Notes: a model not told the origin generated them from the letters alone. A stretch of DNA of 37,843 bases from Nitrospirota bacterium (GCA_029858565.1 JAOUEV010000034.1:1-37843); one strand, 5' to 3'. Counted from the first letter of the stretch, positions 1-12,030 are shown. Numbers and translations: made by a program.

Positions 1-118
1 TTTCGTTGTCGATCAAATAATGGAGAGTGTGTTCGAAGGTGCCGGGAAGGATCTGTTTGTCGAAGCTGAGGGGGATGAATTTGCCCTGAGAATAGTCGTA
101 ATCCTTGTACTTCGCCAT
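1..118 (-). CDS. IS1182-family transposase, N-terminal part (runs off window)
   Basis: Not in the ORF track. Manual translation from ATG at 118 gives MAKYKDYDYSQGKFIPLSFDKQILPGTFEHTLHYLIDNE, resembling the IS1182 (DUF772) N-terminus pattern 'Q-I/L-LPGTFEH-x-L-xx-L-I/L-D'. A GGAGG RBS lies just upstream. Confidence 0.75.
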   Translation of the reverse strand, partial: MAKYKDYDYSQGKFIPLSFDKQILPGTFEHTLHYLIDNE

Positions 119-206
119 ACGCCTCCCTTGGGTGAGGGGTTTTGGTGCTTCAGAAATGCGTTTCGATGGCGTCAGTATAGCATAGAATGACTTTTTCTAC
201 ACCTTC
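1..206 (-). mobile_element. IS1182-family element, left end
   Basis: The minus strand reads GAAGGTGTAGAAAAAGTC at 206-189, resembling IS1182-type ends, and lies upstream of the transposase start. Confidence 0.6.
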
Positions 207-221
207 AACGCTGGCTTGACA

Positions 222-256
222 CTTCAACGCCGGCGTCTGTCAACGCCGGCGTCGAA
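222..256. repeat. Palindromic hairpin between the two IS elements
   Basis: The self-complementary unit ACGCCGGCGT occurs twice. TTCAACGCCGGCGT-ctgtca-ACGCCGGCGTCGAA forms a 14-bp stem with one mismatch. Confidence 0.8.
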
Positions 257-257
257 T

Positions 258-1542
258 TGCCTCATAATAAATGTTACCCAACGGAATCCCCGCTGGATTC
301 GTTGACTCATAATTCATGTTACCGGAAGAATACCCCCATAAGGAGGGGCCGGTATGAGTCCACGATCCAAGCGAGAGTACCTGGATGCAATTGTAGTTCG
401 ATACCGAAGAGCAGCCAGGAAAGTCAAAACAGCGATCCTCAGTGAGTTCTGCACGACCTGTAACTATCACCGCAAGCACGCCCTGCGGCTGCTCAGCACC
501 GCCCAGCGGTTCCAGAAGCCCAAGAAGCAGCCGCGGGGCAGAAAGCCGGTCTATCGATCGTCAGAGCTGCTTGTACCGCTCACGCGCATCTGGAAGGCTG
601 CCTATATGCCCTGTTCCAAACGGCTTACATCCATTATCCCATTTTGGCTGCCAGGTTATGCCAAAACCTATGGTCCACTGCCGCTCCCGGTGGTAAAGGC
701 TCTGCTCCGGATATCCCCGACCACAATCGACCGGATGTTGAAGCCGGTCCGGGCAAAACATCAGTTTCATGGCCGGGCTACCACAAAACCGGGAACGCTG
801 CTTAAACAGCACATCCCGGTTAAGGTAAATCAGTGGGACGAGAAACGGCCGGGTTTCCTGGAAGCCGACTCCGTAGCTCATTGCGGGGCCTCTACAGAGG
901 GCGTTTATGCCTCTACCATCGATTGTGTGGACATTGCCACCGGCTGGACCGAGCAGCGGGCTGTCTGGGGCAAAGGCTATCAGCCGGTGATCGATCAGAT
1001 CCAGGACATCGAAAAAAGCCTGCCGTTTCCCATCCTGGGTTTCGATTCTGACAACGGCGGAGAGTTTCTCAATTATCATCTTCTTCGGTATCTTACCGAA
1101 GGGAGGAAACACCCTATCCAGTTCACGCGGAGCAGGGAGTACAAGAAGGACGATAACGCTCATGTAGAGCAGAAGAACTGGACTCATGTCCGCCAGTGGT
1201 TGGGGTATGACCGGCTGGACGATCCGAAGATCGTACCGCTTATGAACGCTCTCTACAAAACCGAGTGGCGGCTCTTTCACAACGTCTTCTGCCCTTCGGT
1301 AAAGCTTCTTTCGAAAGAACGCATTGCATCAAAGACTATCAAACGCTATGATAAGCCCAAGACTCCTTATCAGCGAATATCGGAATCGCCGGATATCCCC
1401 CAGGAAACCAAGGATCAGCTGACTGATAAGTTCAATACCTTGAATCCCTTTGAACTTAGAAAAGCCATGGAGGAAAAGCTGAAAAGAATCTTTCCCTGAT
1501 AATCCCATACTCCTTCTTTCGGTAACATTTTATTATGGTGCA
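258..1542 (+). mobile_element. Insertion sequence with DDE (rve/integrase-core) transposase; unclassified/ISNCY-like
   Basis: Imperfect terminal inverted repeats: TGCCTCATAATAAATGTTACC (258-278) and GGTAACATTTTATTATGGTGCA (1521-1542). A second left-end copy sits at 303-323. No clear target-site duplication seen. Confidence 0.8.
354..1499 (+). CDS. DDE-type transposase (integrase core)
   Basis: Motifs PGFLEADSVAHCG, GFDSDNGGEF and FTRSREYKKDDNAHVEQKN (D, D, E triad), an N-terminal HTH-like region YHRKHALRLL, and an AGGAGG RBS. Confidence 0.9.
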   Translation: MSPRSKREYLDAIVVRYRRAARKVKTAILSEFCTTCNYHRKHALRLLSTAQRFQKPKKQPRGRKPVYRSSELLVPLTRIWKAAYMPCSKRLTSIIPFWLPGYAKTYGPLPLPVVKALLRISPTTIDRMLKPVRAKHQFHGRATTKPGTLLKQHIPVKVNQWDEKRPGFLEADSVAHCGASTEGVYASTIDCVDIATGWTEQRAVWGKGYQPVIDQIQDIEKSLPFPILGFDSDNGGEFLNYHLLRYLTEGRKHPIQFTRSREYKKDDNAHVEQKNWTHVRQWLGYDRLDDPKIVPLMNALYKTEWRLFHNVFCPSVKLLSKERIASKTIKRYDKPKTPYQRISESPDIPQETKDQLTDKFNTLNPFELRKAMEEKLKRIFP

Positions 1543-1551
1543 TCAGAGGCG

Positions 1552-2952
1552 TTACTTCATCCGTCCTCGAACGATCATGCGGAGCATTCCGACGAACACC
1601 TTCCCGTACGATCCGAACTGGTACCCTGTTCGGATGGCCAGGATCCTGCCGAGAGCGTAGGAGAGCCGCAGATAGAACTCGCGATAGGCCCGGGCATAGA
1701 ATCGCTCCACCTCCGTCGCGGGGATGGTGGGAAGCTCCATCACGGCATGGGCCAGATCGTACTGATCCCAGTCCCTGTGCTTCAGGTAGCCGCGCGCCGC
1801 GACATCGTCGTAAAGTCTCGTGCCGGGAAAGGGCGTTGTGATGTTGTAGATGGCGAACTGGATACCGAGGCTTTTTGAATAATCGATCGTTTTCTGCAGG
1901 CTCGCTGTCGTCTCACCCAGACTCCCCAGCATGAATGCCCCCCGGATATCGATCCGTGCGTCCCGCGTCCATTTTACGATCTGATCATAGCTCGAGAACT
2001 TTACCCGTTTATTGATCCCCTCGAGGATCGAGTCATCGGCCGACTCGAATCCATACATGATCTGGTGGCACCCTGCAGCATGCATCAGCTTGAGCAGATC
2101 AGGAGAGACCGAATCAACCCGCGCGAAACAGGACCAGGAAATACGGATCCTTTCGCGGATCAGCGCGTTGCACAGTTCTTCGACACGGCGTTTATGGGCC
2201 GTAAAGGTATCGTCATAGAACGATATTTCCCTGATGCCGAAGGTCTTCTGCAGATTCCGGATCAGTTCAAGCACCCGGTCAGCGCTCATGAAGCGGATCC
2301 TGGTCCCGAACATTCCCGAGAAACAGAAGGTGCACGTTCCTGGACAGCCGCGCGACGTAATCACCCCTATGGAGGGGCTCTTCCGGGCTGCGCCCAGAGC
2401 GGAGCGATAGCGGTCCATGGGAAGCTTTTCAAAAGCAGGGAACGGCAGCGTGTTCAGGTCCACATAACGGTCCACAGCCTGATTGATGACCACCTCGCCT
2501 GTGGATGACCGCCAGGTAATATTGGGAACCTTATCCAGGGGCGATCCGTTCGCGATATCAAGCAGGGTCTGCTCCCCCTCTCCCCGCACCACGATATCAC
2601 AGGAACGATCCTCGACAAGCTCCTGGTGGCATACGGTCGGATGGACCCCTCCCATGATGATCCCCATGCGTGGATAGCGCTCCCTTACCGCGGCAGCCAG
2701 CCTTTGGGCGCTGCTGATCTCCGGAGTCGTTGCCGTTATGCCGACATGATCAGCAGCCGGATCGACCTTTTCCAGAACATCGGATACAGACATGTTCATG
2801 GCGGACATATCGATGATGTCCGCGTGATGCCCTGCCTGCTCCAGCACCGCTGCAAGGGTCGCCAGGCCCAGCGGCGGGGTGATCGCGTTTATGGTGTTCC
2901 AGATATTGCCTGTGTCGATCGTTCTGCTCGGATTGATAAAGACGAATTTCAC
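1552..2952 (-). CDS. B12-binding-domain radical SAM protein (class B RS methyltransferase-like)
   Basis: PPLGLATLAA and MGGVHPT mark the cobalamin-binding domain, and SRGCPGTCTFC is the CxxxCxxC motif. Start moved to GTG at 2952 because a GGAGGA RBS precedes it and this avoids overlap with the upstream gene. Confidence 0.9.
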   Translation of the reverse strand: MKFVFINPSRTIDTGNIWNTINAITPPLGLATLAAVLEQAGHHADIIDMSAMNMSVSDVLEKVDPAADHVGITATTPEISSAQRLAAAVRERYPRMGIIMGGVHPTVCHQELVEDRSCDIVVRGEGEQTLLDIANGSPLDKVPNITWRSSTGEVVINQAVDRYVDLNTLPFPAFEKLPMDRYRSALGAARKSPSIGVITSRGCPGTCTFCFSGMFGTRIRFMSADRVLELIRNLQKTFGIREISFYDDTFTAHKRRVEELCNALIRERIRISWSCFARVDSVSPDLLKLMHAAGCHQIMYGFESADDSILEGINKRVKFSSYDQIVKWTRDARIDIRGAFMLGSLGETTASLQKTIDYSKSLGIQFAIYNITTPFPGTRLYDDVAARGYLKHRDWDQYDLAHAVMELPTIPATEVERFYARAYREFYLRLSYALGRILAIRTGYQFGSYGKVFVGMLRMIVRGRMK

Positions 2953-2996
2953 TGATTCCTCCTGAGCCTGCACCGCGTTCCTGCATATACTCGCAG

Positions 2997-3671
2997 TTAT
3001 TGCGCAGTTCCCGCTGGCTTCCTCGCAGTTGCCCAAAGGTTCAAGTAGAGTTCGAAATAGCCGGTTCGCACGCCTGCCGGGTGGAATCCGGCGCTTTTCA
3101 GGAGCTCCCGCAGCGATGCGGGAGTATATGCCGCCTTGTGTTCCTGAATCTCGATCGGGCTGACTAGTCTGAGGGACGCCAGCACGCGAAGAAGCCGGTC
3201 AGACCAGGCCGCGGGGGTTGTCAGTACGTAGGTCCCTCCCGGTTTCAGCACCCGCAGGATCTCCCGCGCAAGCGCCATGGCCTTTCGTTCCTCAAGATGC
3301 TCAACGACCGCCAGCATGGTGACCACCGAGAACCGCTCGTTCTCGAATGGCAACCACTCATCCCTGTGCAGATCGTGATTGATCAGGGTGAGGCCTGCCT
3401 GTTGAAACGGCTCTATTGCCCGGGGATCCACTATCTGATCGAGTCCGAACCGCTCCGAGAACTCTGTCGTCAGAAGGAACAGCGGGTGTTCTCCGCAGCC
3501 GATGTCAAGGAGTCGGCCTTTCCGCAGACCCGGCTCAATAAGCCGGTTCGCCATAGCGCACCGCTGACGAGCGAGGAAGTTTTCCAGCAAACCGTACCCC
3601 CTCGTGACGGAAGAAGATGACGGTCTGCATGCGGCAGATGTTGAATTGTCTTGTTTGTAATTATTTTCCAT
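2997..3671 (-). CDS. Class I SAM-dependent methyltransferase
   Basis: LLDIGCG motif I, AVVEHL, and LRVLKPGGTYVLTTP. Confidence 0.88.
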   Translation of the reverse strand: MENNYKQDNSTSAACRPSSSSVTRGYGLLENFLARQRCAMANRLIEPGLRKGRLLDIGCGEHPLFLLTTEFSERFGLDQIVDPRAIEPFQQAGLTLINHDLHRDEWLPFENERFSVVTMLAVVEHLEERKAMALAREILRVLKPGGTYVLTTPAAWSDRLLRVLASLRLVSPIEIQEHKAAYTPASLRELLKSAGFHPAGVRTGYFELYLNLWATARKPAGTAQ

Positions 3672-3870
3672 AGTGACATTACACTGATAAATGCAAGCTT
3701 ACCCCTATCCGGTTCATCCGCCCACGAACAGCATTAAACGGCACGTAACACGACCGGAGTTGCACGTTCAGATATGAGCCATCCGCTCTTGCGGATCGCT
3801 CAGTAAGCCTCCCGGTATGTTCACAACAACTTCACGGACGACCAGGCGCGTGATCGGTTGAACGTCGCGG

Positions 3871-5619
3871 TCATTTGACGGAAAAACCCGATCGAACCGT
3901 ACTCCCGCGCAGGTGAAGGTATTTATCGAAATAAGGCGTGCTCGGCAGTTCTGAATCCCAGCACTGATCCTCATGCACGGGAACCCATATCCGCAGACCG
4001 GAAAAGGTTGTCTGCACCTGCATGGGAATGACCGGAACAGGGCCATATCCCTGCTGTGGGGTTTTCACGATGATCGGAGCGTTCCCGACGATCCACAGCA
4101 GGATCGCTCCGTACGCTATCACCGTGAATACCATGACCGTGAAGAGACCACCGTTCCTTGCGGGACCGGGAGCAATGAACTTGAGCAAGGGGTAAAGTGC
4201 CGCAGGAGGGAGCAGGAAGAAGATCACACCGGCAAAGCGGGGGTCAGGAGCCGTAAAGAACCAGAATGCCAGCCCCGCAAGCATCGGAACAGGCAGGAGG
4301 AAAAGCATTTTATCCACTTTATTGGTAAACCGCATCGGTCGGATCACGATCAAGAGAATCCACCCCGCGACCGCCAGTGCAGATACACTGAGAGGATAGA
4401 CAATGGTCTCGGTATGGGCGAACAGATTCGTCATCCAGGGACCCAGCCAGTTCCAGGAACCCAGTACCCGATCAGGATTCAACCCCGGGAGCCGAGCCCA
4501 GCTGTAGATCCACCGCGTTTCTTCTATGGCCAGCGCCCGCGGAACCGACCAGTCAAAATCTATTCCACCGAACGTCGCCGGAAAAAGAGGGTATCCGCTC
4601 TGCAGATACGATTTGGCCATCCATACGATCCCGATCAGGGCCGGTGCTGCAAGAAGAACCGCTGCCTGCCGCAGGAAAACTGCATGGTCGCCTTTTCTGC
4701 CATGCCACAGGAGAATTGCTGCCAGGAGCACGATGGTCGCCGCGTACATCATGATGCTCATTTTGACCGTAATAGCTGTGGCAGCCAGGACAAGGATCAC
4801 AGCAACGCGGGAAATATACGAATCACGGTAATTCCGTTCTTCCATGTGGCGGGCAAAATGAAGGAAGAGGACAAGTTGCAGTACGCTCGTAGCGATATCC
4901 GGAGTAGGTGACGACAGACTGTTCGTAACGGAGATGACGATCGCAACGGGTATAAAGCAGAACGAGAGAAACGTTACGACGCCGATGTCTTTTTTCTCCG
5001 AACGCTTGCCCCCTCCGGAATGAACGACAGTGAAAAGCGATTCAGCGAACAGGAGCAGCACCAAATAACTGTTTGCCAGGTTATGTCCATGGGTGAAGAA
5101 CGGCTTGAGGTTCAATGACGCTGCATAGGTAAAGAACGATTGATTGAATGCGAGCCGTCGATGCAGATTGCCGATCCCGGTTACTATCGGATATTCATTG
5201 ATCCATCGGACCGAGTTGAAGTGATAGAGACCGCTATCATAGTTCGTGGGTGACAACGTCGACCACGATGCCGTCCAGATCGCGAATAACGCAAGCAATA
5301 TCCAGTACACAATGACGCCGGTGGAACGCGCATGACGCAGTATATCAATCTGCCGGACAGACAATGAAAGAAACAGCAGTATCCCTGTCGAATATACGGC
5401 AATGCTCACTAATGCCGTGATCGGAACGATGAAGTTGATAATCTGGAGCAGCAGCAGCGCACCGCACCAGCCCAGCCAGAGCTGTGAAAATACCCGCTCC
5501 CCTCCCTTGAGACCGAGCCGGAGAATCCTGCTGACCAATTCTCCCCAGCCATAATAGGCAGCGGCCATAATCGTATAGCCGGTCAGTGTCATCGCGATGC
5601 TCGAAGCGTAAGTTGTCAT
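3871..5619 (-). CDS. Multi-pass membrane protein, LIC_10190-like / possible GT-C-fold transferase
   Basis: More than 10 hydrophobic segments. The conserved-looking loop YDSGLYH..W...P...G.GNLH.RLAFN plus SPTPD, SGYPLFP and APDPRF match my recollection of the LIC_10190 family. GGAGG RBS. Confidence 0.65.
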   Translation of the reverse strand: MTTYASSIAMTLTGYTIMAAAYYGWGELVSRILRLGLKGGERVFSQLWLGWCGALLLLQIINFIVPITALVSIAVYSTGILLFLSLSVRQIDILRHARSTGVIVYWILLALFAIWTASWSTLSPTNYDSGLYHFNSVRWINEYPIVTGIGNLHRRLAFNQSFFTYAASLNLKPFFTHGHNLANSYLVLLLFAESLFTVVHSGGGKRSEKKDIGVVTFLSFCFIPVAIVISVTNSLSSPTPDIATSVLQLVLFLHFARHMEERNYRDSYISRVAVILVLAATAITVKMSIMMYAATIVLLAAILLWHGRKGDHAVFLRQAAVLLAAPALIGIVWMAKSYLQSGYPLFPATFGGIDFDWSVPRALAIEETRWIYSWARLPGLNPDRVLGSWNWLGPWMTNLFAHTETIVYPLSVSALAVAGWILLIVIRPMRFTNKVDKMLFLLPVPMLAGLAFWFFTAPDPRFAGVIFFLLPPAALYPLLKFIAPGPARNGGLFTVMVFTVIAYGAILLWIVGNAPIIVKTPQQGYGPVPVIPMQVQTTFSGLRIWVPVHEDQCWDSELPSTPYFDKYLHLRGSTVRSGFSVK

Positions 5620-5698
5620 ATCTGGAACACCTCCTCGCTATCCACGAGTTCCCTGGTATCCGTCCAATACGTATTCCGCTCGCCGGTACCTTTAACGA

Positions 5699-6181
5699 TC
5701 ACCTTGCTTTACGATCCTGTGCAGCATCGGCCCGGCACCGATCCAAATCCCGCCGGTATCTGCGCACGGCCCAATAGAACCCGCCATAGGACAGAATGGC
5801 CGCTACCACCCCGACCACCAGCGTGCCCGCGATATACGGCCACAGGAACGGCTTCAGGACCTGCACAAGTTCCCGGATCCCGATATCCTTCCAGGCGATC
5901 ACCGGCACAGCAGCATCGTTTCCGGTTATCTTCACGCCGAACCAGAGACAGAAGCCGTACATCGGCACGATCGTCCATGGATTGTTCACGAATGATGCGG
6001 TGAGCACAACGAACTTGCTCACCCGGAAAAGCCAGGCGAACAGGATGCAGGAAAGGATGTGCAGGCCCAGCCAGGGGCTGAATGCGATGAAGATGCCGAG
6101 AGAAAATGCGAACGCCAGTTTGTGCGGCGGATCATCGAGCTTCATGAGCTCCCGGATGCGATCGCGTACGTACTGTTTCAC
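5699..6181 (-). CDS. DUF2062 family membrane protein
   Basis: PHKLAFAFSLGIFIAFSP and FVNNPWT motifs. Overlaps the thiL stop by 4 nt. Confidence 0.85.
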   Translation of the reverse strand: MKQYVRDRIRELMKLDDPPHKLAFAFSLGIFIAFSPWLGLHILSCILFAWLFRVSKFVVLTASFVNNPWTIVPMYGFCLWFGVKITGNDAAVPVIAWKDIGIRELVQVLKPFLWPYIAGTLVVGVVAAILSYGGFYWAVRRYRRDLDRCRADAAQDRKAR

Positions 6182-7197
6182 CGGGCGCGTCCTCTGCGTG
6201 AAACCTTGAAGTGATCATAGCCTGAAGCTTGCAGAAGGCGGACGCTGCCCATATCGTCAATGAACCGCAGGGAACGTCCTTTCGTGACAACACCGATATT
6301 TGTCGCGTCTATACCGAACCCCGGAATCGTCTTTTCCCGTCTTGGAGGGACGGTGAACAGCAGTTCATAGTCCTCGCCGCCGGACAATGCGTAGTCCAGA
6401 ATGTTCTGCCGGAGTCCTGTTGCACGCCGTAATGATCTCGACAGAGGTATGCGGTCCCCGGTGATCTCCGCTCCGACGCCGCTCTCTTCGCAGAGATGTC
6501 CCAGGTCTGACGATAGACCGTCGCTCACATCGATCATCGCTGATACGCTGCCCGATTCAGCGAGCATCCTTCCCCATGCCACGCGGGGTACCGGCCGCAG
6601 ATGGCGCTCGATGAGTTTCCGCACATCGGTCTTTTGACGCAGGTTGCCTGATTTGCTACTCCGCACTAACTCTAATCCAGCTCCCGAATCACCCAGCGTC
6701 CCGGTCACGTAGACAAGATCGCCGGGCCGCGCACCAGACCGCGTCACAATCTTCTTACGCCGAGCCTCGCCGAGCATCGCAATACTGATGACGAGGTCGC
6801 GTTTCGAGCTGCAGGTATCGCCTCCAACAAGAACCACACCGTGCTTTCGCGCGATCGCATGCAGGCCCCGGTAGAACGCGGCAATCCGCTCGACGGTGAT
6901 CCTACGCGGGATCGCGAGCGCTGTCATGCAGAACCTGGGTGTCCCGCCCATGGCAGCGATATCACTCAGGTTCACCGCTGCTGACTTCCATCCCAGGGAA
7001 TACAGATCGGTCGTGGCAAGATCAAAATGCACGCCTTCGACCAGCATATCGGTCGTGGCGAGCAGCGTATGCCCCGGAGAAACACAAAGCGCCGCGGCAT
7101 CATCTCCGATGCCGATCGGCGCTCTCTGTGAAGGTGCTGCAAATGACCTGCGGATCCGTTCGATCAGGCCGAACTCACCGATATCGTCTAATCTCAT
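6178..7197 (-). CDS. thiL: Thiamine-monophosphate kinase
   Basis: GEFGLI, IGDDAA, DMLVEGVHF, NLSDIAAMG, GGDT, DVSDGL and GGEDYEL motifs. Confidence 0.97.
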   Translation of the reverse strand: MRLDDIGEFGLIERIRRSFAAPSQRAPIGIGDDAAALCVSPGHTLLATTDMLVEGVHFDLATTDLYSLGWKSAAVNLSDIAAMGGTPRFCMTALAIPRRITVERIAAFYRGLHAIARKHGVVLVGGDTCSSKRDLVISIAMLGEARRKKIVTRSGARPGDLVYVTGTLGDSGAGLELVRSSKSGNLRQKTDVRKLIERHLRPVPRVAWGRMLAESGSVSAMIDVSDGLSSDLGHLCEESGVGAEITGDRIPLSRSLRRATGLRQNILDYALSGGEDYELLFTVPPRREKTIPGFGIDATNIGVVTKGRSLRFIDDMGSVRLLQASGYDHFKVSRRGRAR

Positions 7198-7215
7198 GAA
7201 TATCTACCGACGTAT

Positions 7216-9627
<2,412 letters not shown>

Positions 9628-9670
9628 TCGGTTCTCCTTCCGGCCGCGCTCATGCCCGGCCGTTCATGCA

Positions 9671-10537
9671 TCATATCTTCAGTTTCCGGAGATAGTCCCG
9701 GAACTCACTGCCGAACTCGCGGTTCTTCAGGCCGAACTCCACCGTTGCCCTCAGGAAGCCGAGCTTGTCGCCGGCGTCGTACCGCTTGCCCTCGAACTCA
9801 TAAGCGTAGATCGGCTGCTTCGCCATAAGATGCTTCAGCCCATCGGTCAGCTGGATCTCCCCGCCCTTGCCCGGCCTGGTCTGTTCGAGGGCCGTGAAGA
9901 TCTCCGGGGTCAGTATATACCGTCCGATTATCGCGAGATTGGACGGCGCCTCATCGGGCGAGGGTTTTTCCACAAGGTCCTTGACGAGATACACCCCGTT
10001 ATCGATCTTCTTCCCGTCAATGATGCCGTAGTTCTGCGTCTGGGACCGCGGCACCTTCTGGATGGCCAGGATCGTCGCGGGATAGCGTCGATAGACGCTC
10101 ATCATCTGCCGTAAAGCCGGGATCTCGGCATCGATGATGTCGTCGCCGAGCAGGACGGCAAAGGGTTCGTTCCCCACGACCCGCTTGGTCGTGAGAACGG
10201 CATGGCCCAGCCCCATCGCCTTTTTCTGCCGGATATAGCAAAAGGTGACCAGATTGGCGATCCGCTGCACCTCGTTCAGTATCTTGTGCTTTCCCTTGGC
10301 CTTCAGTTCCTCTTCAAGCTCGAAAGCGACGTCAAAATGGTCCTCGATGGCCCGTTTGCCGCGGCCGGTGACCAGGACGATCTCCTCGATCCCCGAGGAC
10401 ACCGCCTCCTCGACAACGTACTGGATCAGCGGTTTATCCACGAGCGGCAGCATTTCCTTGGGTGAAGCCTTGGTCGCCGGCAGGAAGCGCGTCCCGAGAC
10501 CTGCAGCGGGGAAGACCGCCTTCGTGATCTCTCTCAT
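9671..10537 (-). CDS. galU: UTP-glucose-1-phosphate uridylyltransferase
   Basis: KAVFPAAGLGTRFLPATKASPKEMLP and GEIQLTD motifs. Start reassigned to ATG 10537 (GGAG RBS). Confidence 0.97.
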   Translation of the reverse strand: MREITKAVFPAAGLGTRFLPATKASPKEMLPLVDKPLIQYVVEEAVSSGIEEIVLVTGRGKRAIEDHFDVAFELEEELKAKGKHKILNEVQRIANLVTFCYIRQKKAMGLGHAVLTTKRVVGNEPFAVLLGDDIIDAEIPALRQMMSVYRRYPATILAIQKVPRSQTQNYGIIDGKKIDNGVYLVKDLVEKPSPDEAPSNLAIIGRYILTPEIFTALEQTRPGKGGEIQLTDGLKHLMAKQPIYAYEFEGKRYDAGDKLGFLRATVEFGLKNREFGSEFRDYLRKLKI

Positions 10538-10559
10538 GTGTTCGCTCTCCTTTGCGCGT

Positions 10560-10588
10560 ATTCTAGGGATGCCGGGTTGAAATGTCAA
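10560..10588 (-). promoter_or_regulatory. sigma70 promoter for galU-lon-thiL
   Basis: Minus strand TTGACA-17 nt-TAGAAT. Confidence 0.75.
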
Positions 10589-10609
10589 GGCGGAACCGGC
10601 CGCCCGCGA

Positions 10610-12013
10610 TCACTTCGGGATCGGCACACTTCCCAGCAGATACTTGAGATCGTCGTCGTCGAACCTGAGACCTGCGCCCACGAACCCCGAAGCACGGTCC
10701 GCGTTCAGGAAGTTGTCGTACCCTGCGTTCATGAACAGCACCTTGTTGATGTTCCAGGTCGCCGTCGCCTTCATATGGGCGTTCTCGTTCTTCGGCTCCT
10801 TGCTGTCGAAATTCCACGCGTCAACGCTGAACTTCACCCGGTCGGCAAAGAGGAACCAATCCGCGCCGATGCCGCCCTTGGATTCGATCAGACCCATGCG
10901 CAGGGCCAGGTTGCCCCACCGCTTGGCGAATTCCAGGCTGAACCGCAGCTTGTCCTCATAGGTCTCCGTCGTTATGGTGCCGCCCGGCGGACTGGTGACC
11001 GTGTCGACGCGCGTATACCGCGCGTAGGGATCGGACACCACCTCGGCGACATAGTACTTGTCCGGCGTCGGCCGGAGCTCAAGCGAGAAATAGCTCTTGG
11101 ACTTGGGGAACATATATTCCGACCGGAACGCGATGGTCGTCTTGAGCCGCTCGACGCGGGACACATAGTCCGTGAGCCCCTTGGCCGCGCTGTCGATGTT
11201 GTTGTACATGCTGTCGTCGGTCACGAGCTTGCCGAGCGTGCCTTCGCCGCGGTCGATCCGCTTGGTCACATTGTCGATCGAGGCGAGCGCCATCTCGGCG
11301 CTCTTGGACGCCTCCTTGATGTTCTCCAGCGTCACCTTGAGGTTGTCCCGGTTGTCGTCGACCACGCCGTTCAGGTTCTGCGCCAGCTCGTTCAGCCGCA
11401 TGACCAGCTCCCCGCCGTCGCTCCGCAGGGCATAGGAGAACTCCTTGATGTTCGCCGTTGTCTGGCGGAGGTCATGCAGGATGTCCTCCATGGACTGTTC
11501 ACCGCGCTGGGTCCCGAAGACCTGACTGAGCGAACCGGTCACCTTCTTGATATCGTCGGCGATCGAGGACAATTTGCTGATCAACTGGTCCGCGTCGCTG
11601 GGCGATGCCGTCGCCTCGATCCGTTCGCTGTCCTGGTAGATGCCCGAGCGTTCTCCCGATTTCCCGTTTGCATGAGGCGGAACGATGTCCACGTACTTGT
11701 CGCCCAGCAGTCCCATGGTCTTGACCGCCGCTTCCGAGCCGCGCAGGATCTTCACGCCAGGCAGGACCCGGAGCGTAAGTTTGGCCCTGCTGTCCTCAAG
11801 CTCCACCGCTTCCACGGTCCCGATCTGCACGCCGGCCATGCGCACTGCCGCCTTGGAATCGAGCCCGGACACGGAATCGAAGACCGCGGTCACGACATAT
11901 CCCTTTTTCGCGCCGAACTCGTATTTGCCCACGGCAACGGTCATGTAGAGCAGGATAAGGGACCCCACGATGACCAGCAGTCCGACCTTTGCTTCCGCGC
12001 TCAGTTTGGCCAT
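10610..12013 (-). CDS. mlaD: MlaD/MCE family protein with long helical region
   Basis: EAKVG N-terminal TM, MCE domain (SGL...VRMAGVQIG.V, GLLGDKYV), GEGTLGKLV motif. Follows mlaE-mlaF. Confidence 0.85.
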   Translation of the reverse strand: MAKLSAEAKVGLLVIVGSLILLYMTVAVGKYEFGAKKGYVVTAVFDSVSGLDSKAAVRMAGVQIGTVEAVELEDSRAKLTLRVLPGVKILRGSEAAVKTMGLLGDKYVDIVPPHANGKSGERSGIYQDSERIEATASPSDADQLISKLSSIADDIKKVTGSLSQVFGTQRGEQSMEDILHDLRQTTANIKEFSYALRSDGGELVMRLNELAQNLNGVVDDNRDNLKVTLENIKEASKSAEMALASIDNVTKRIDRGEGTLGKLVTDDSMYNNIDSAAKGLTDYVSRVERLKTTIAFRSEYMFPKSKSYFSLELRPTPDKYYVAEVVSDPYARYTRVDTVTSPPGGTITTETYEDKLRFSLEFAKRWGNLALRMGLIESKGGIGADWFLFADRVKFSVDAWNFDSKEPKNENAHMKATATWNINKVLFMNAGYDNFLNADRASGFVGAGLRFDDDDLKYLLGSVPIPK

Positions 12014-12030
12014 GAAAACCCCTCTTCAGA

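Noticed and set aside
3672-3870. 200-bp intergenic region as a possible ncRNA
   Set aside because: Only a short hairpin (ATCCGC-tctt-GCGGAT) was seen, with no recognisable RNA family features.
6640-6680. ACTCCGCACT unit within a variable loop of thiL, and a weak period-7 run at 27655-27683
   Set aside because: Only one good unit, or highly degenerate, so it cannot be distinguished from chance by eye.
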